The notes under the pieces were generated by a model. It was not told the origin of the DNA. It saw only the letters and a program-made list of their open reading frames with translations, and did no database searches. A program made the position numbers and the translations under genes. A DNA stretch of 64,000 nucleotides from an uncultured Gammaproteobacteria bacterium (GTDB lineage Bacteria > Patescibacteriota > Patescibacteriia > JACQRZ01). The stretch is taken from positions 167,226 through 231,225 of the forward strand of contig CAZUKY010000001.1 in the NCBI GenBank assembly GCA_964621085.1, given 5' to 3'. The number at the start of each line of letters is the position of its first letter. Position 1 is the first letter of the stretch. Below are positions 63,999 to 64,000 of the stretch, one piece after another.

Positions 63999-64000
63999 GA

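Noticed and set aside
1-64000. CRISPR arrays, rRNA genes and other large ncRNAs (RNase P, tmRNA, SRP)
   Set aside because: No regularly spaced direct repeats were found. The only tandem repetition is protein-coding (38693..40414). No rRNA-like conserved stretches or other ncRNA signatures were recognised by eye. A covariance-model scan would be needed to be definitive.

Overview
Chromosomal segment from a G+C-rich bacterium with reduced-genome hallmarks. Candidate Phyla Radiation (Patescibacteria)-like is my inference, not proven.

Supporting signs seen in the sequence:
- Truncated versions of otherwise conserved proteins: MurF without its N-terminal domain, a 135-aa TsaB, a 581-aa AlaRS, and an RNA polymerase alpha subunit without the canonical C-terminal domain.
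- A PriA homolog with degenerate ATPase motifs.
- Many nucleotide house-cleaning and salvage genes: 5 Nudix, 2 MazG-like, HIT, tdk, 2 nucleoside-deoxyribosyltransferase-like, and a gmk-like kinase.

Layout, 5' to 3':
- 1..545: tRNA-Glu(CUC) on the minus strand, surrounded by decayed tRNA-derived fragments, inverted repeats and two intrinsic terminators.
- 548..5773: minimal dcw cluster on the minus strand, mraZ-rsmH-ftsL-ftsI-murF, with a structured 340-nt upstream region.
- 6122..9002: rarA, tsaB, and a wecB/tagA-family glycosyltransferase.
- 9160..10149: a higher-GC 2OG-Fe(II)-oxygenase-like gene.
- 10370..13111: clpB, preceded by a sigma70-like promoter and a near-consensus CIRCE (HrcA) operator.
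- 13277..15500: secreted protein and a LigB/Memo-like gene.
- 15527..17914: priA-like and def.
- 17911..24801: minus-strand block containing:
  - MazG-like x2
  - a split PEP-utilizing / rifampin-phosphotransferase-like three-gene system
  - a histidine phosphatase
  - a Nudix
- 24900..25823: fmt.
- 25797..31961: surface-glycan locus with truB embedded (GT2-Wzy fusion, GT2, GT4, Wzx).
- 32624..36721: ribosomal/rpoA/infA operon on the minus strand, including an unannotated 37-aa rpmJ.
- 36885..38630: alaS.
- 38693..40414: novel cytoplasmic protein with six tandem ~73-aa repeats.
- 40411..42969: mnmA, NDT-like, tdk.
- 43640..48448: cytoplasmic VirD4/TraG-like ATPase flanked by two membrane proteins.
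- 48528..51574: secF and secD, with two parvulin PPIase domains inserted in the SecD head.
- 51700..55504: second glycan locus (GT4 x2, O-antigen-ligase-like).
- ~55700..59240: markedly GC-richer three-gene island (two lipoproteins and a secreted protein), bounded by inverted-repeat structures.
- 59391..63998: visibly AT-richer tail with nucleotidyltransferase-Nudix, gmk-like, Nudix/IDI-like, HIT and Nudix genes.

I found no rRNA and no CRISPR array. Many long antisense ORFs in the six-frame track are G+C-bias artefacts.
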